Shown one piece after another: positions 50,384-63,793 of a DNA stretch of 64,000 nt. How positions within the stretch are numbered: position 1 is the first letter of the stretch; every line of letters begins with the position of its first letter. This DNA is from Macrostomum lignano. Lineage: Eukaryota. Under the pieces are notes generated by a model, which saw only the letters and a list, made by a program, of their open reading frames with translations, was not told the DNA's origin and ran no database searches. A program made the translations under genes and the position numbers. The stretch covers positions 285,389 through 349,388 of the forward strand of contig NIVC01002030.1 of the NCBI GenBank assembly GCA_002269645.1, read 5' to 3'.

Positions 50384-51561
50384 ATGTTCAAATCCAACGA
50401 TTTGAAAGTGTTCCGCCAGTCGGCTCTGAAACTCGTCAACGAGAAGCGCGCCTTGCACGGCGCGCAGCCATTGAAATCGTCCAATAAGCGCGACAAATCT
50501 GCGCAGCTCTGGGCGGAGGCGCTGGTTGGCAAGGCCGGATTGGAGAACAGCGCTGAAGCACAGCGCGGCGAGTACGGCGAGAGCATCAGCTGCAGGACCA
50601 GCCAGTTGGAGAAGGTGGACATTTCAGGTTAGCTGTTTGTTGTAGTTCTGAGCACAGTGCGTCATAGTCGTTGCGCAGGACTGACTCGGTGATTTTGAGT
50701 CGCTGACTAACTACCTTCGAGCACATGAGCAGGCTCCCATCTGATTTTGTGTCTAGTGTGTACACTCTATTCTCTACTCTCTACTTACCACTCTTTACCT
50801 TCTACTCTCTACTCCCTACTCTCTACTTTCTATTCTCTACTCTCTTCTCTCTGCTCCCTACTCTCTACTCTCTACACTCTACTGTCTACTCTTTTCTCTC
50901 TACTCACCACTACTGTCTACCCTCTACACTCTACTCTCTACTATCTACACTCTACATTCTACTCTCTACATTCTACTCTCTACTCTCTACTCTCTACTTT
51001 CTACTCTCTACGCCCTACTCTTGACTCTCTACTCCCTACTCTTTATTCTCTACACTCTAGTCTCTACTCTCTCTTCGCTACATGTACTCTCTACTTTTCT
51101 CTCTACTCTCCCACTTCTACTTCAATACCTACCCTTTGCTGTCTTCTCCCTCATTCGTTATTCCCTAATGAACTCATAAATGATCCAAGCAAATACGATG
51201 CAATTTTAACTGAATTGCAGATAAGAAACTGTTCAAAGTAATTTACAGCTTTCTTGATATAGAAATATTTAGGCATATACTGACGGCATGCTCGCATAAT
51301 GGCAGATTGAGTTTGGTTGGTTTACATTTGACGACCCTCATTCGCAATTTTGTTGCCGTCGAAACTGCGCAGCGATGCATCCACTGCTCTCCCTTCTCTG
51401 CTAAGCAAACAAAAAGTTAATTGGGTCATAAAATTTGAACTTAATACTAGATTTGGCTGCATCAATTCGAGTTTAGACTTGCAGCATAACTAATTAACTA
51501 ATTGCAAAACTTGCAATTTACAGACAGACGGACAGACACTAAGACAGACAGACAAACACTA

Positions 51562-51621
<60 letters not shown>

Positions 51622-54600
51622 CTAGGCTTGTAAACATAGGCCAGTTTCCTTGGACAACTAGTTACAATTTCATACAGGCAGATGAACAGTCAGTCAGATA
51701 TGCATGTAGTCTCATATTCAAGCTGAGAATTGCCCAGCAAAAAAGGTCATTCCTTGCTTAAAAAGACCAAATACAAAAGCTGTCCTATTTACCAAGTGCA
51801 TGCATTCTGAGTTGCCTAATCTAATCTTTGACGAACTCTTCAGGTGAAATATTTGTCCAAAGCAGAGCAGTTAGTTAAAGAAAGTTTTGTGTTTTGTCGA
51901 AACCAACTCCAGGCCAAACAACGAGGTGGCCGCTCCCTGCATGTTATCGACTTGAATAAGGAGGGTGTGTTATCTCCGAGGCAATAATAAAACAGCTCTG
52001 AGTCAGTTATGTTTACGCTGCGGTGGATTTAACCTTGGTTTTTTATAGGCTAGATATCTAGCTAGCTATCTGGCTTGGTGTGTCTGTGGCATGCGAATTG
52101 TAGGGGGGGGGGGCAGATGCAGTCTAAAATATGGCCTCACTATTTTGTTGCCAACAACATTTCGCGCCATTGTAAGGTCAGCATAAAGTTGCCTATTTAA
52201 TCAGCAAAAATGTAGTTACTCTTGCTATTCTTAATGTCTATTCTCAATGTCTAATCTCAATGTTTATTCTCAACGTCTATTCTCAATGTCTATTCTCAGT
52301 GTCTATTCTCAGTGTCTATTCTCAGTGTCTATTCTCAGTGTCTATTCTCAGTGTCTATTCTCAATGTCTATTCTGGGAGTACGAGATCTGCTAGCAGGAA
52401 ATCTGCTAGCCGAAGTTTGCTAGCCGAAGTTTGCTAGCCGAAATGTGCTAGCCGAAGTTTGCTAGCCGAAATGTGCTAGCCGAAATGTGCTAGCCGAAAT
52501 GTGCTAGCCGAAGTTTGCTAGCCGAAATGTGCTAGCCGAAATGTGCTAGCCGAAATGTGCTAGCCGAAGTTTGCTAGCCGAAATGTGCTAGCCGAAATGT
52601 GCTAGCCGAAATGTGCTAGCCGAAGTTTGCTAGCCGAAATGTGCTAGCCGAAATGTGCTAGCCGAAATGTGCTAGCCGAAGTTTGCTAGCCGAAATGTGC
52701 TAGCCGAAATGTGCTAGCCGAAATGTGCTAGCCGAAGTTTGCTAGCCGAAATGTGCTAGCCGAAATGTGCTAGCCGAAATGTGCTAGCCGAAGTTTGCTA
52801 GCCGAAATGTGCTAGCCGAAATGTGCTAGCCGAAATGTGCTAGCCGAAGTTTGCTAGCCGAAATGTGCTAGCCGAAATGTGCTAGCCGAAATGTGCTAGC
52901 CGAAGTTTGCTAGCCGAAGTTTGCTAGCCGAAATGTGCTAGCCGAAGTTTGCTAGCCGAAATGTGCTAGCCGAAGTTTGCTAGCAGGAATTTTGCTAGCG
53001 AGGATTTTGCTAGCCGAAATCTGCTAGCGATAATCTAACCAAAACCTGCGAACAGCAATTTACGAAGTTGCAATTTGCTAGAGACATTTTTTCTTGTCCA
53101 ATTTCGCAAGAAACTTTGCAGGACTTATCATGCAGGACAAATAAATTTGCCTTTTTCGCTCTAATGACTCTCTTTGTCGTGCTTATTAGCAGTGATCTGC
53201 AAATTGCAATATATAATAATAATTGCAGCCTGCATTGTTGTATCGTAATATAATGCAATTAAAAATTACTACATCAGAAATTTCTTTGTAGCTAGCACTC
53301 GTATGGCAAGAATCTGAATGTAATTTATATACAAAATGTGCTTGTTAATTCTATTCTTCTTAACACCTTTTAAAATGTGGCTACTTTGGTCAAGATAAAT
53401 TACCGATTTTCTTTTTTTAAGTAAGAGGCCGATCGCGGGCTAAAATAAAATTTTAAGTGTGCCCAAAAATGCAATCATAAAATGTAGACATTTTGGCTTT
53501 TTACAGCAATTATTTATCAGATATGGTTTTTAGTTATAAAAGATTTGGGATTTTTAACCACTTCTCTTGACCATTTTTAGCCAAAACCATGCAATACCAT
53601 TCCTGCTAGCAGATTTCGGCTAGCAAAATCCTCGCTAGCAAAATTCCTGCTAGCAAACTTCGGCTAGCAGATTTCGGCTAGCAGATTTCGGCTAGCGGAT
53701 TTCGGCTAGCAAACTTCGGCTAGCAAACTTCGGCTAGCAGATTTCGGCTAGCAGATTTCGGCTAGCGGATTTCGGCTAGCAAACTTCGGCTAGCAAACTT
53801 CGGCTAGCAGATTTCGTCTGGCAGATTTCGGCTAGCAGATTTCGGCTGGCAAACTTCGGCTAGCAGATTCCGGCTAGCAGATTTCGGCTAGCAAACTTCG
53901 GCTAGCAGATTCCGGCTAGCAGATTTCGGCTAGCAAATTTCTCGCTAGCAAACTTCGGCTAGCAGATTTCCTGCTTGCAAATTTCTCTGTGTCTTTTTCT
54001 CGATGTCTAGTTTCAATGTCTATTTTTGATGTCTATTCTCAATTTCGAACTCTAGATATTGGATGTCTAATTTCCCTCTCAGAGATTATTGCTTAGGATT
54101 AAGGATCAATATTGAAGAGTTTTTAAGGAGTATATAGAAAATCGAAGATTTGAATCTATCTAATTTCAAAGAACTTCTTTCCTACTTCACTGGGCAGCCG
54201 AGGACGTGATCAACTCATGGTACGGCGAGAAGGCAAACTACAACTTCAAAGACGGCACAGGCAAGGCGGGCAACTTCACCCAGATGGTGTGGCTCGACAG
54301 CCGCAAGGTGGGCTTCGGCAAGGCCCACGCCTACGGCAAGGTGGTAGTTGTGGCGCACTACTCTCCTCCTGGCAACTACCGGAACCAGTACTCTAGCCGG
54401 GTGCTGCCCGACCTCACCGACGACATGGCCGGGTTTCGAATTGCCGTCAGGGAAGTCCTGCGCGATGAGGAAGTCATTGGTGGCAAGCCGGTGACGGTGG
54501 AACGGGAGCGAACACAACTTGAAGACGATAAGGGAAATGTGAGATTGAGGATAGTGTTGTTTTGAGGCCATGGAAACGGCGTAGCAACTGCATAGCAACG

Positions 54601-57388
54601 AGTGAATTTATTATTCGCAGAAGATTCGGTTTGAATCAAAGGACAAGACCAATTTTCATGCTCCAGCACCAGATTTCTGAGGCTTAAGCTTGCAACAACA
54701 TTTTAATGCATAGCATTAGCAGTTAAAATAAAGCTATGAATTTTTGTAGCCGCAAACCAAGTAGCCGCATGCCACAAAGCCACAAACGTGGTTTTTCTGT
54801 TCCTAACAATATTCCAGACCAGGGAGATGGTCACCGAACGTCGTCGGGAAAGGCAGAAGCCGGCTGATGAAGACAAGGCTGAAGGTGGCGAGCCCGAGAT
54901 CAGACAGGGAGCTCCTGTGCCAATCAAGGCAAGTTCTCTTCAAAAATTGGTGGCTTCGACTTAAGCAGGAATATACCATTGAAGCCTGTCTTTCTAAACC
55001 AAAGAGCCTGCTATCCCACAATCACAACTTTCTCTACAGTCATGAGTGACATACCCGACCATTTTACTTTCAATTTTAATTGGCTGCTGAAACTTTTCCT
55101 AGCCCGACAGACCGCACCACCCCACATCCACAACTTTCTTCTTCAACTGCCGTGGCACACCCACCTCATTTTAGACAAGGCATTTTATCGATATTTTGAA
55201 ACCTTTTCCAGCCACCCACCACACTCACAGCTCTCTTCATTAGTCGCGACACACCAACCACGATTTTACGAGCGGTTCTAGGCGTTCACACGTTCTTATC
55301 GATTTTTAAAGCTTTTCTCTACCCCCACCACACTCAAACTCTCTCAATAGTCGCGACACACCAACCACAGTTTTACTAGCGATTCTATATGTACATGTAG
55401 GCGTCCGGTCCTACCCGTTCTTATCGATTTTAAAGCTTTCTCTACCCCTCCACGCGACGCCAGCCACCCCACACTCACAACTCTCTCCATAGTCGTGGCA
55501 CACCCACCCCATTTTATTCTAAGGGGCCTGCGCTCTCTTTTATACAATAATCGAAATACATTGGCGCAATCTGAGTGCTGAGTAATAAATACGACAAAGT
55601 TTTTTATTTTAGGGTAAAATTCATACATAAGTTTGATTGTGGAGGACGTCAACTTCAATTAGAATTGCGATTTAATTTATTACTGTGCAGTCCCAACTGG
55701 TTTGGTGCTATTTATTGCGCAGATGATTAAATATCTTCTGGGATTGTTGGAATGCTTCCTTTTCGCTTTTTGACCCTAGCTATAGGCCTATTGACTGTAG
55801 GCGTACTGACAGGAAGCAGTTCGAATCGACGCAATTCACTAAATGTCCGGGTTTGAGCACTTCGATAGATAAATCAGTTGATATGTAGTGTTGCTTAAGC
55901 TTTTGATAACGAGCTAATAAGGTTAAGATACTCAGCAAGAGCTGATTTACTGTCGAAGATAGAAAGTTTATCACTTACGCTCGTAAATATTAATAGGCAG
56001 TCAAATGTTTAGGAAGAAAAAGCATAATTCCAAGGTAATTATTAAATTTAATTTTACTGGTAAAATTCTCCTCTGGAAATGTGTGTAATAGCGACAATCA
56101 CACCTGTGTTACACTGGGGATGCTCACATCTATACCACAGGGATGCACACCTGCTGCATAACAAACTCCCCGATTCCCCATTGCATTCCAGGAGAAAGAC
56201 CTATCAAAGTTCGGCAAAGAGCTGCTCAACCAGGTCAACCGTCATCGGTCAAAGCACGGCGTCAAATCTTTGAAGCTGAGCAACGATCTGACAATCTTGG
56301 CTCAGAGTTTCGCCGAGGAGCTCAGCAGGAAGTCGAAGCTATATAACAGCAGCGCCTCATTCAAGGGCGAACGTCTTGGCGAGAGCATCGCCAGTCGTTG
56401 GAGCAACGGACCAACCGATTACACTGGTAAAACCTTTTCATTCTTTTGCGTATCTATATACGTCGGGAATGAATAGTCTTACCACTTAAATATTTTATAC
56501 AGGCGAAGAGGTGGCTGATCACTGGTACTCGGAGATGGAAAAGTTCCGTTTTAACGAAGAACCAAACGATATCAAAGGAGTCGGTAAGCTATATTTATGG
56601 TTGATATGCATGTAACTCCCAATAATTGCATTGCTACTTGTAGTAGTTTGTATGTTCGATGCGATTTTCTAGCTAGTGATATCGGATTGCTTTACGTATA
56701 TACACTTGTACGTCTAACAAGCGCATTCTGTCCTATGGACACCATGGTTATTTATGATTAGTGCATATTCATCTGACTCTCAACCCAATGCAACCCTGTT
56801 CTGGCCCCAGTGTACATGTACCGATATGCCATATCATACCATATCATACCATATGGTAATATATACCATATTACCATACACTGATTCTTGGCCCTCTACC
56901 CCCGTATACACGATCTGACCATCTACCACCAGTGTGCACGATCTGACCCTCTACGCCCAGTGTACACTGATCTGACCCTCTACCCCCGTGTACACGATCT
57001 GAACCTCTACCCTAGTGCACACTGATCTGACCCTCTACCCCCGTGTACACGATATGAACCTCTACCCCCAGTGTTCACTGATCTGACCCTCTACCCCCCG
57101 TGTACACGATCTGAACCTCTACCCCCAGTGTACACCGATATCAGAATTTCTTCCACCCGAAATGTGCATTGACTTTAGGCAACGGCTTTTCCTTCCAAGC
57201 ATGTGTCCTCTACTATTCCAGGAAACTTCACCCAGATGGTGTGGAAGAACAGCAAGGAGCTGGGCGTTGGAAAAGCTATCCACCGAGGCACCGATGGCTC
57301 CCACCGTGTGGTGGTGGTGTGCTATTTCCACCCAGCCGGAAACATTGTGCCCTGCTTCCGTGAGAATGTGTTTCCGGCAAGCAAGTAG
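50384..57388 (+). CDS. Tandem two-CAP/SCP-domain cytoplasmic protein, GAPR-1(GLIPR2)/flatworm group-2 VAL-like (~392 aa). Exons 50384-50627, 54198-54538, 54818-54928, 56192-56426, 56503-56583, 57222-57388
   Basis: Two copies of the CAP motifs ([12 protein letters not shown] / [12 protein letters not shown]; GESI; WY.E; GNFTQMVW; G.GKA; [12 protein letters not shown] / [12 protein letters not shown]). Exon phases sum to 1179 nt in frame. No signal peptide and no CAP disulfide Cys pattern. Confidence 0.92.
50760..51120. repeat. (CTCTACT)n degenerate heptamer, second tract
   Basis: Directly visible. Confidence 0.85.
52232..52374. repeat. 13-bp repeat TGTCTATTCTCA(A/G), resuming at ~53990-54050 after the foldback element
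   Basis: Directly visible on both sides of the element. Confidence 0.8.
52383..53987. mobile_element. Foldback-like element: long inverted arms of 14-bp GCTAGC-containing subrepeats around a ~575-bp AT-rich spacer
   Basis: Left arm 52383-53028 is (GCTAGCCGAAATGT/GCTAGCCGAAGTTT)n; right arm 53605-53987 is its reverse complement. The 50-bp inner ends match exactly and the outer ends nearly so. Confidence 0.75.
56870..57137. repeat. ~28-30-bp minisatellite TCTGACCCTCTACCCCC(A)GTGTACAC(T)GA
   Basis: Tandem degenerate copies in the last CAP intron. Confidence 0.85.
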
Positions 57389-58425
57389 CTCTTCTAAATA
57401 ATCTGCCACCTTAACGGGTTTCTGGGACTTAAGCACTGACCAAGACAAAAGTTGCTTGTTATTTTTAAATACTCAATCAGAAAAGCTGAAAATTTTGAGC
57501 TCAGATCGACATTCTTTAGTAAAATTGATTATTAATTAAACAAATAGTGTTTAAGTTAATGCTGCAAAAGTATCTACTATACACATATAAGCAACTCTAG
57601 CAGTAGTAAAATTAAAAGCGTAAAATTTGTCTGTTAAAAAATATTACTTCTAAGAAAAATGTTTTTACGTATTCAAAAAGTAGCAAAACATATTTGTGAT
57701 TACTATAAATACGTAGACATCAAAAGTGGTCGAACAGATGTCAAATACATTGATTGGTGTTAAGAACGCATTAACAAAACGATTTTTACTATTAAAATAT
57801 GAGATAAAAAAGCTGGTTAAATTTATGTACTTTTAAATACGGATGCATTAATGTGTAATTAGGTGGTTTATAACAAGCGGAATGTTAATAAATCATGCAT
57901 GGTAACAAACAAATAACAGCGAGTATAGCTGAAATAAATTATTGCTATGATGTAGAGTACATTCAAAAAACTCTTTTTAGTTAAAGACCCTTAAAGTTGG
58001 TTAATTTTGAAATTATTAAACGTTTTTCGATTGAATTCAAAAGAAATCGCGTTTTTAATTTTTTACTACTTGAATTTACGTTATGATTGAATTAAAAAAT
58101 GTTACACAAGATCCTAAATAAAAAACGGCTGAAAAACTACTTGTAAGTAGTAGCTATAATTTAGAAATTGCCAGTGTTAAATAGAAATACTAAGCCATTT
58201 TCTGCCCATTTTATACCGAGAATCTCGTGTGGCAGTTTTTGCCGGAGAAACCCAAGACCGTCGAGATATAAAAAAAATTATGCCAGAAGCTGCATGGTTG
58301 GGACACTAAATTTCACACAGACCGGATCTTCTGGACCTTCACCAGATACCAGCAATTAAGCTTTAAAAAAATAAGCTTGTAAAAGTTTTCTTCTTTGTAC
58401 TACAAACCATCGTCCGCGCAAAAGT

Positions 58426-61400
58426 TCAATGCTGACTTTGCTGATCATTTTCGAAGAACATGAAATCCTGAAATTCGGTAAAACAAAATCGCTAATTAGC
58501 TAATAGTTTTAAAGGATATTTTTCCCTGCTTAACATAATACCCTCCACGCAGTAAACTGTTAGCATTTGACCCGTCTCCCTAATGCATTCGAGCATAAAT
58601 ATTTCATCACCGACAAAACTCGAGAATCCAATACACGCAGCTCGATGCGTTCCCTCTTGCCCCAGACTAACAGCTTCTACAAAGTGCCACAGACTGCAGG
58701 CACACGGGAGATTCGCAGCCCAGACAGAGACTGCATGTTGTAGCAAAGCGCACGATCGTAAACTGTAAACTGATTGACGGTATTTATAGGTAGAAATTCT
58801 TCCACCACACCCCGGTTTTTTTCTGCAAATAGCGCGGAAAAAGTCAGTTGGGAATTGCAGTGAAAGTTTAAATCATTGAGGAAACTCTGGTGGAAATCGG
58901 CAGTCGGTCCTTGCTGGCCCTATTCGCAGGAACAAAAATTTTGTACTTGTACGGTACGAGGATGCGATTCTCGCAAAGAATGCCGTCTGTTGCACAGCTG
59001 ATGCTACAAAATGTTAGGCAGATGCGTGATCTGTTTAACAGAGATGCTGTATGCAGCTTTGACACTGTTAGACTCTGTTCGACAGACCTAATAACTCTGT
59101 TAGAGACGGACTAAAATCTGTTAGACACGGACTATAATCTGTCACAAACGGACAATAATGTGTTAAACACGGACTATAATCTATTAGACACGGACTATAA
59201 TCTGTCAGACACGGACTAAAATCTGTTAAACACGGCTATAATGTGCTAGACACGGCTATAATGTGTTAGACACGGACTATAATGTGTTAGACACGGACTA
59301 TAATCTATTAGACACGGCTATAATCTGTCAGACACGGACTATAATCTGTTTGGCTTGACACGGACTATAATCTGTTTGATTTGACACGGACTATAATGTG
59401 TTAGACACGGACTATAATCTATTAGACACGGTTATAATGTGTTAGACACGGACTATAATCTGTTAGACACGGACTATAATGTGTTAGACACGGACTATAA
59501 TTAATCTGTTAGACACGGACTAATCTATTAGACACGGACTATAATCTGTCAGACACGGACTAAAATCTGTTAAACACGGCTATAATGTGCTAGACACGGC
59601 TATAATGTGTTAGACACGGACTATAATGTGTTAGACACGGACTATAATCTATTAGACACGGCTATAATCTGTCAGACACGGACTATAATCTGTTTGGCTT
59701 GACACGGACTATAATCTGTTTGATTTGACACGGACTATAATGTGTTAGACACGGACTATAATCTATTAGACACGGTTATAATGTGTTAGACACGGACTAT
59801 AATCTGTTAGACACGGACTATAATGTGTTAGACACGGACTATAATTAATCTGTTAGACACGGACTATAATCTGTTAGACACGGACTATAATCTGTCAGAC
59901 ACGGACTATAATCTGTCAGACACGGACTAAAATCTGTCACAAACGGACTATAATCTGTCAGACACGGACTATAATCTGTTAGACACGGACTATAATCTGT
60001 CACAAACGGACTATAATGTATTAGACACGGGCTATAATCTGTCAGACACGGACTATAATCTGTCAGACACGGACTATAATCTGTCAGACACGGACTATAA
60101 TCTGTCAGACACGGACTATAATCTGTCAGACACGGACTATAATCTGTCAGACACGGACTATAATCTGTCAGACACGGACTATAATCTGTCACAAACGGAC
60201 TATAATCTGTTAAACACGGCTATAATGTGCTAGACACGGACTATAATGTGTTAGACACGGACTAAAATCTATTAGACACGGGCTATAATCTGTCACAAAC
60301 GGACTATAATCTGTTAGACACGGACTATAATCTGTCAGACACGGACTATAATCTGTCAGACACGGACTATAATCTGTCAGACACGGACTATAATCTGTTA
60401 GACACGGACTAAAATCTGTCAGACACGGACTAAAATCTGTTAGACACGGACTATAATCTGTTAGACACGGACTATAGTCTGTTAGACACGGACTATAATG
60501 TGTTAGACACGGACTATAATCTGTTAGACACGGCTATAATGTGCTAGACACGGACTATAATCTGTCAGACACGGACTATAATCTGTTAGACACGGACTAT
60601 AATCTGTCAGACACGGACTATAATCTGTTAGACACGGACTATAATCTGTTAGACACGGACTATAATCTGTTAGACACGGACTAAAATCTGTTAAACACGG
60701 CTATAATGTGCTAGACACGGACTATAATGTGTTAGACACGGACTATAATCTGTCAGACACGGACTAAAATCTGTTAAACACGGCTATAATGTGCTAGACA
60801 CGGACTATAATGTGTTAGACACGGACTATAATCTGTTATACACGGACTATAATCTGTCAGACACGGGCTATAATCTGTCACAAACGGACTATAATGTGTT
60901 AAACACGGCTATAATTTGCTAGACACGGACTATAATGTGTTAGACACGGACTATAATCTGTTAGACACGGACTATAATCTGTTAGACACGGACTATAATG
61001 TGTTAGACACGGACTATAATCTGTTAGACACGGCTATAATCTGTCAGACACGGACTATAATGTGTTAGACACGGACTATAATCTGTTAGACACGGACTAT
61101 AATCTGTTAGACACGGACTATAATGTGTTAGACATGGACGAATGTGTTAGACACAGAGTATAATGTTTTAGCGGTTTAAAATCTGTTAGACACGGTTTAT
61201 AATGTGTTAGACACGCACTAATGTGTTAGACACGGACTATAATTTGTTAAACAGAGTGCAAAACAATTCATAGAAAGAGTTTAGTTTTCCAGAAGTAATG
61301 CAATAACGCAGTCTGAAAAATTCATCTCAAGCAAGCAACAGAAAGCAGAGCAAAGCTCTTCAAGCTTCTATTTGCCTGACCGAAACGTGCTAAGGCAACT

Positions 61401-63102
61401 CCAAGACAAGGACAAAAGGAACATGATAGCCCACCGGATTGAGTTTCAGTTCTCACCGCACTAAGTCAACATTGGCTGCTTTTCTAGTTTGCTCAGCCCT
61501 GATCCATCTGCTTTGTTGCCATACATGAGTTCTCGCCACACGGACCCGGCATCGCAGACTTTGCACTTTTTTATTTCATCACCCTTGCTGCAATAAGAGT
61601 TACAGTAAATATCGACATGAAACTTACAATGAGAAACACCGCGCCAACCATTGCTGCTTTCATTCGGACGTCCAAGTCAGCTGGAACTGATGGTGAATTT
61701 GGAGTGCAGATTATTCCATGGAGTGCAGATTGAACCAATGGAGTTCAGATTATTCCATGGAGTGCAGATTATTCCATGGATTACAGATTATTCCATGGAG
61801 TTCAGATTATTCCATGGAGTTCAGATTATTCCATGGAGTGCAGATTATTCCATGGATTACAGATTATTCCATGGAGTTCAGATTATTCCATGGAGTTCAG
61901 ATTATTCCATGGAGTGCAGATTATTCCATGGAGTTCAGATTATTCCATGGAGTGCAGATTATTCCATGGATTACAGATTATTCCATGGAGTTCAGATTAT
62001 TCCATGGAGTGCAGATTATTCCATGGAGTTCAGATTATTCCATGGATTACAGATTATTCCATGGATTACAGATTATTCCATGGAGTTCAGATTAATCCAT
62101 GGAGTTCAGATTATTCCATGGAGTTCAGATTATTCCATGGAGTTCAGATTATTCCATGGAGTTCAGATTAATCCATGGAGTTCAGATTATTCCATGGATT
62201 ACAGATTATTCCATGGAGTTCAGATTATTCCATGGAGTGCAGATTATTCCATGGAGTTCAGATTATTTCATGGAGTGCAGATTATTCCATGGAGTTCAGA
62301 TTATTCCATGGAGTGCAGATTATTCCATGGAGTGCAGATTATTTCATGGAGTGCAGATTATTCCATGGAGTTCAGATTATTCCATGGATTACAGATTATT
62401 CCATGGAGTTCAGATTATTCCATGGAGTGCAGATTATTTCATGGAGTGCAGATTATTCCATCGAGTGCAGATTATTCCATGGAGTGCAGATTAGTTAGTT
62501 CTCGGAATTTTTATTCCGAATTCCAAATGAAGCATGTGCTTCGAGCGAGGTGCAGTCTCAAGTTTGTAAAGAAAAATTTTCGAAACAGTAAAGTAGAGAG
62601 GGCATGATGCAAAAATACAGTTGTGTGTTTTCTAAACGATTTTCTGTTTTCTGTTTGAACAGCTCTGTAAGAACTTCGTGATAGAGGCATAGAGGGGGCT
62701 GTGTACAACCTGGCGCACTTTAAGCGACATTGTCACACAACCGGCGAGAGGCATTGCTGCCCATTTCGCCGACTCTCCTGAGCAGGCACACAAGCGTGCG
62801 GATACGTACGCAGTCTTGCGCACAGGCACACAGGAGTGTACAGCGGCCCTAACTTTATCGCTAGGCATGTACACTTCACTGTGCCTTGGGGGTTGGCCCG
62901 TTAATTGCACGAGCAGAGCCAAGCCGAGATTTCAATTTAGCCTCAAATTAATGTGACTGCGTTTGGAATCGAGCCTGGGCCGCTGGGGCCAAAGAGCCGC
63001 GCTGGACCACTAAATTGTTGGTAGACGCTTAGTTTGGAATTTGGCATTCGGCCAGAAGGTGAGATATTGGTACTTTATAGGGTTTATGATGATAATGGCC
63101 GC

Positions 63103-63152
<50 letters not shown>

Positions 63153-63240
63153 CGACGAGGGTGATGATGAGTCTGTGAGCAGTAACCATTCGAGTAATCC
63201 ACGCCTACCGGCGACAAAAGGATGACAAGACAAGACAAGG

Positions 63241-63299
<59 letters not shown>

Positions 63300-63309
63300 C
63301 TGATTATGT

Positions 63310-63366
<57 letters not shown>

Positions 63367-63454
63367 CGACGAGGGTGATGATGAGTCTGCGAGCAGTAAC
63401 CATTCGAGTAATCCACGCCTACCGGCGACAAAAGGATGACAAGACAAGACAAGG

Positions 63455-63525
<71 letters not shown>

Positions 63526-63793
63526 CTGATTATGTTGATGATGATGATGATGATGATGATGGTGATGACGAGGGTGATGATGATTATTATTATGATTATG
63601 ATTATAAAAATTATTATTGTTATTATTATTATTATTACTCCATGCACAATATTGATAACAACGAGAATGAGTAGGATCATGAGGACTTACAGGACACGGA
63701 ATAGTTGTCAGCATCGGTGAAGTATTCGCGAGCAAATCCTCCCCACTGCTTGCTGATGTATCCGATTTCGTCTATCATTCCCATGGAGTAGAC
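58426..63793 (-). CDS. PLSCR: Phospholipid scramblase (PLSCR family), last three exons 63793-63691, 61686-61628, 58467-58426; 5' part lies outside the window
   Basis: Spliced translation VYSMGMIDEIGYISKQWGGFAREYFTDADNYSVS-FPADLDVRMKAAMVGAVFLI-DFMFFENDQQSQH* matches the conserved scramblase C-terminus (ISKQW…FTDADNF…FP.DLDV..KA..LGA.FLIDFMFFE). Donors GTAAGT x2; acceptors ctcaacag|, caccatcag|, gaatttcag|. These exons are absent from the ORF track. Confidence 0.93.
59095..61245. repeat. 21-bp minisatellite GACACGGACTATAATCTGTTA, ~100 copies, in a scramblase intron
   Basis: Tandem copies. Confidence 0.98.
61700..62495. repeat. 19-bp minisatellite CAGATTATTCCATGGAGT(T/G) in a scramblase intron
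   Basis: Tandem copies; explains ORFs 61651-62607. Confidence 0.98.
62640..63025 (-). mobile_element. tRNA-derived SINE, near-full-length copy in the scramblase intron
   Basis: The minus strand reads TAGTGGTCCAG (A-box-like) … GGCTCGATTCC (B-box-like), then a body shared with three other loci in the window, then an A-rich AAACAGAAAACAGAAAA tail. Confidence 0.65.
63085..63640. repeat. (GAT)n microsatellites with a duplicated ~100-bp unique spacer
   Basis: GACGACGAGGGTGATGATGAGTCTG…GACAAGACAAGG occurs at ~63151 and again at ~63365. Confidence 0.92.

Noticed and set aside
58868-59065. TDGILCENRILVP resembling a gypsy pol segment
   Set aside because: Too short, with no other RT/IN motifs or LTRs nearby; it lies in a scramblase intron.
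61651-62607. 318-aa MEFRLFHGVQIIPWSSDYS repeat protein
   Set aside because: A 19-bp satellite read in three frames, antisense within a scramblase intron.
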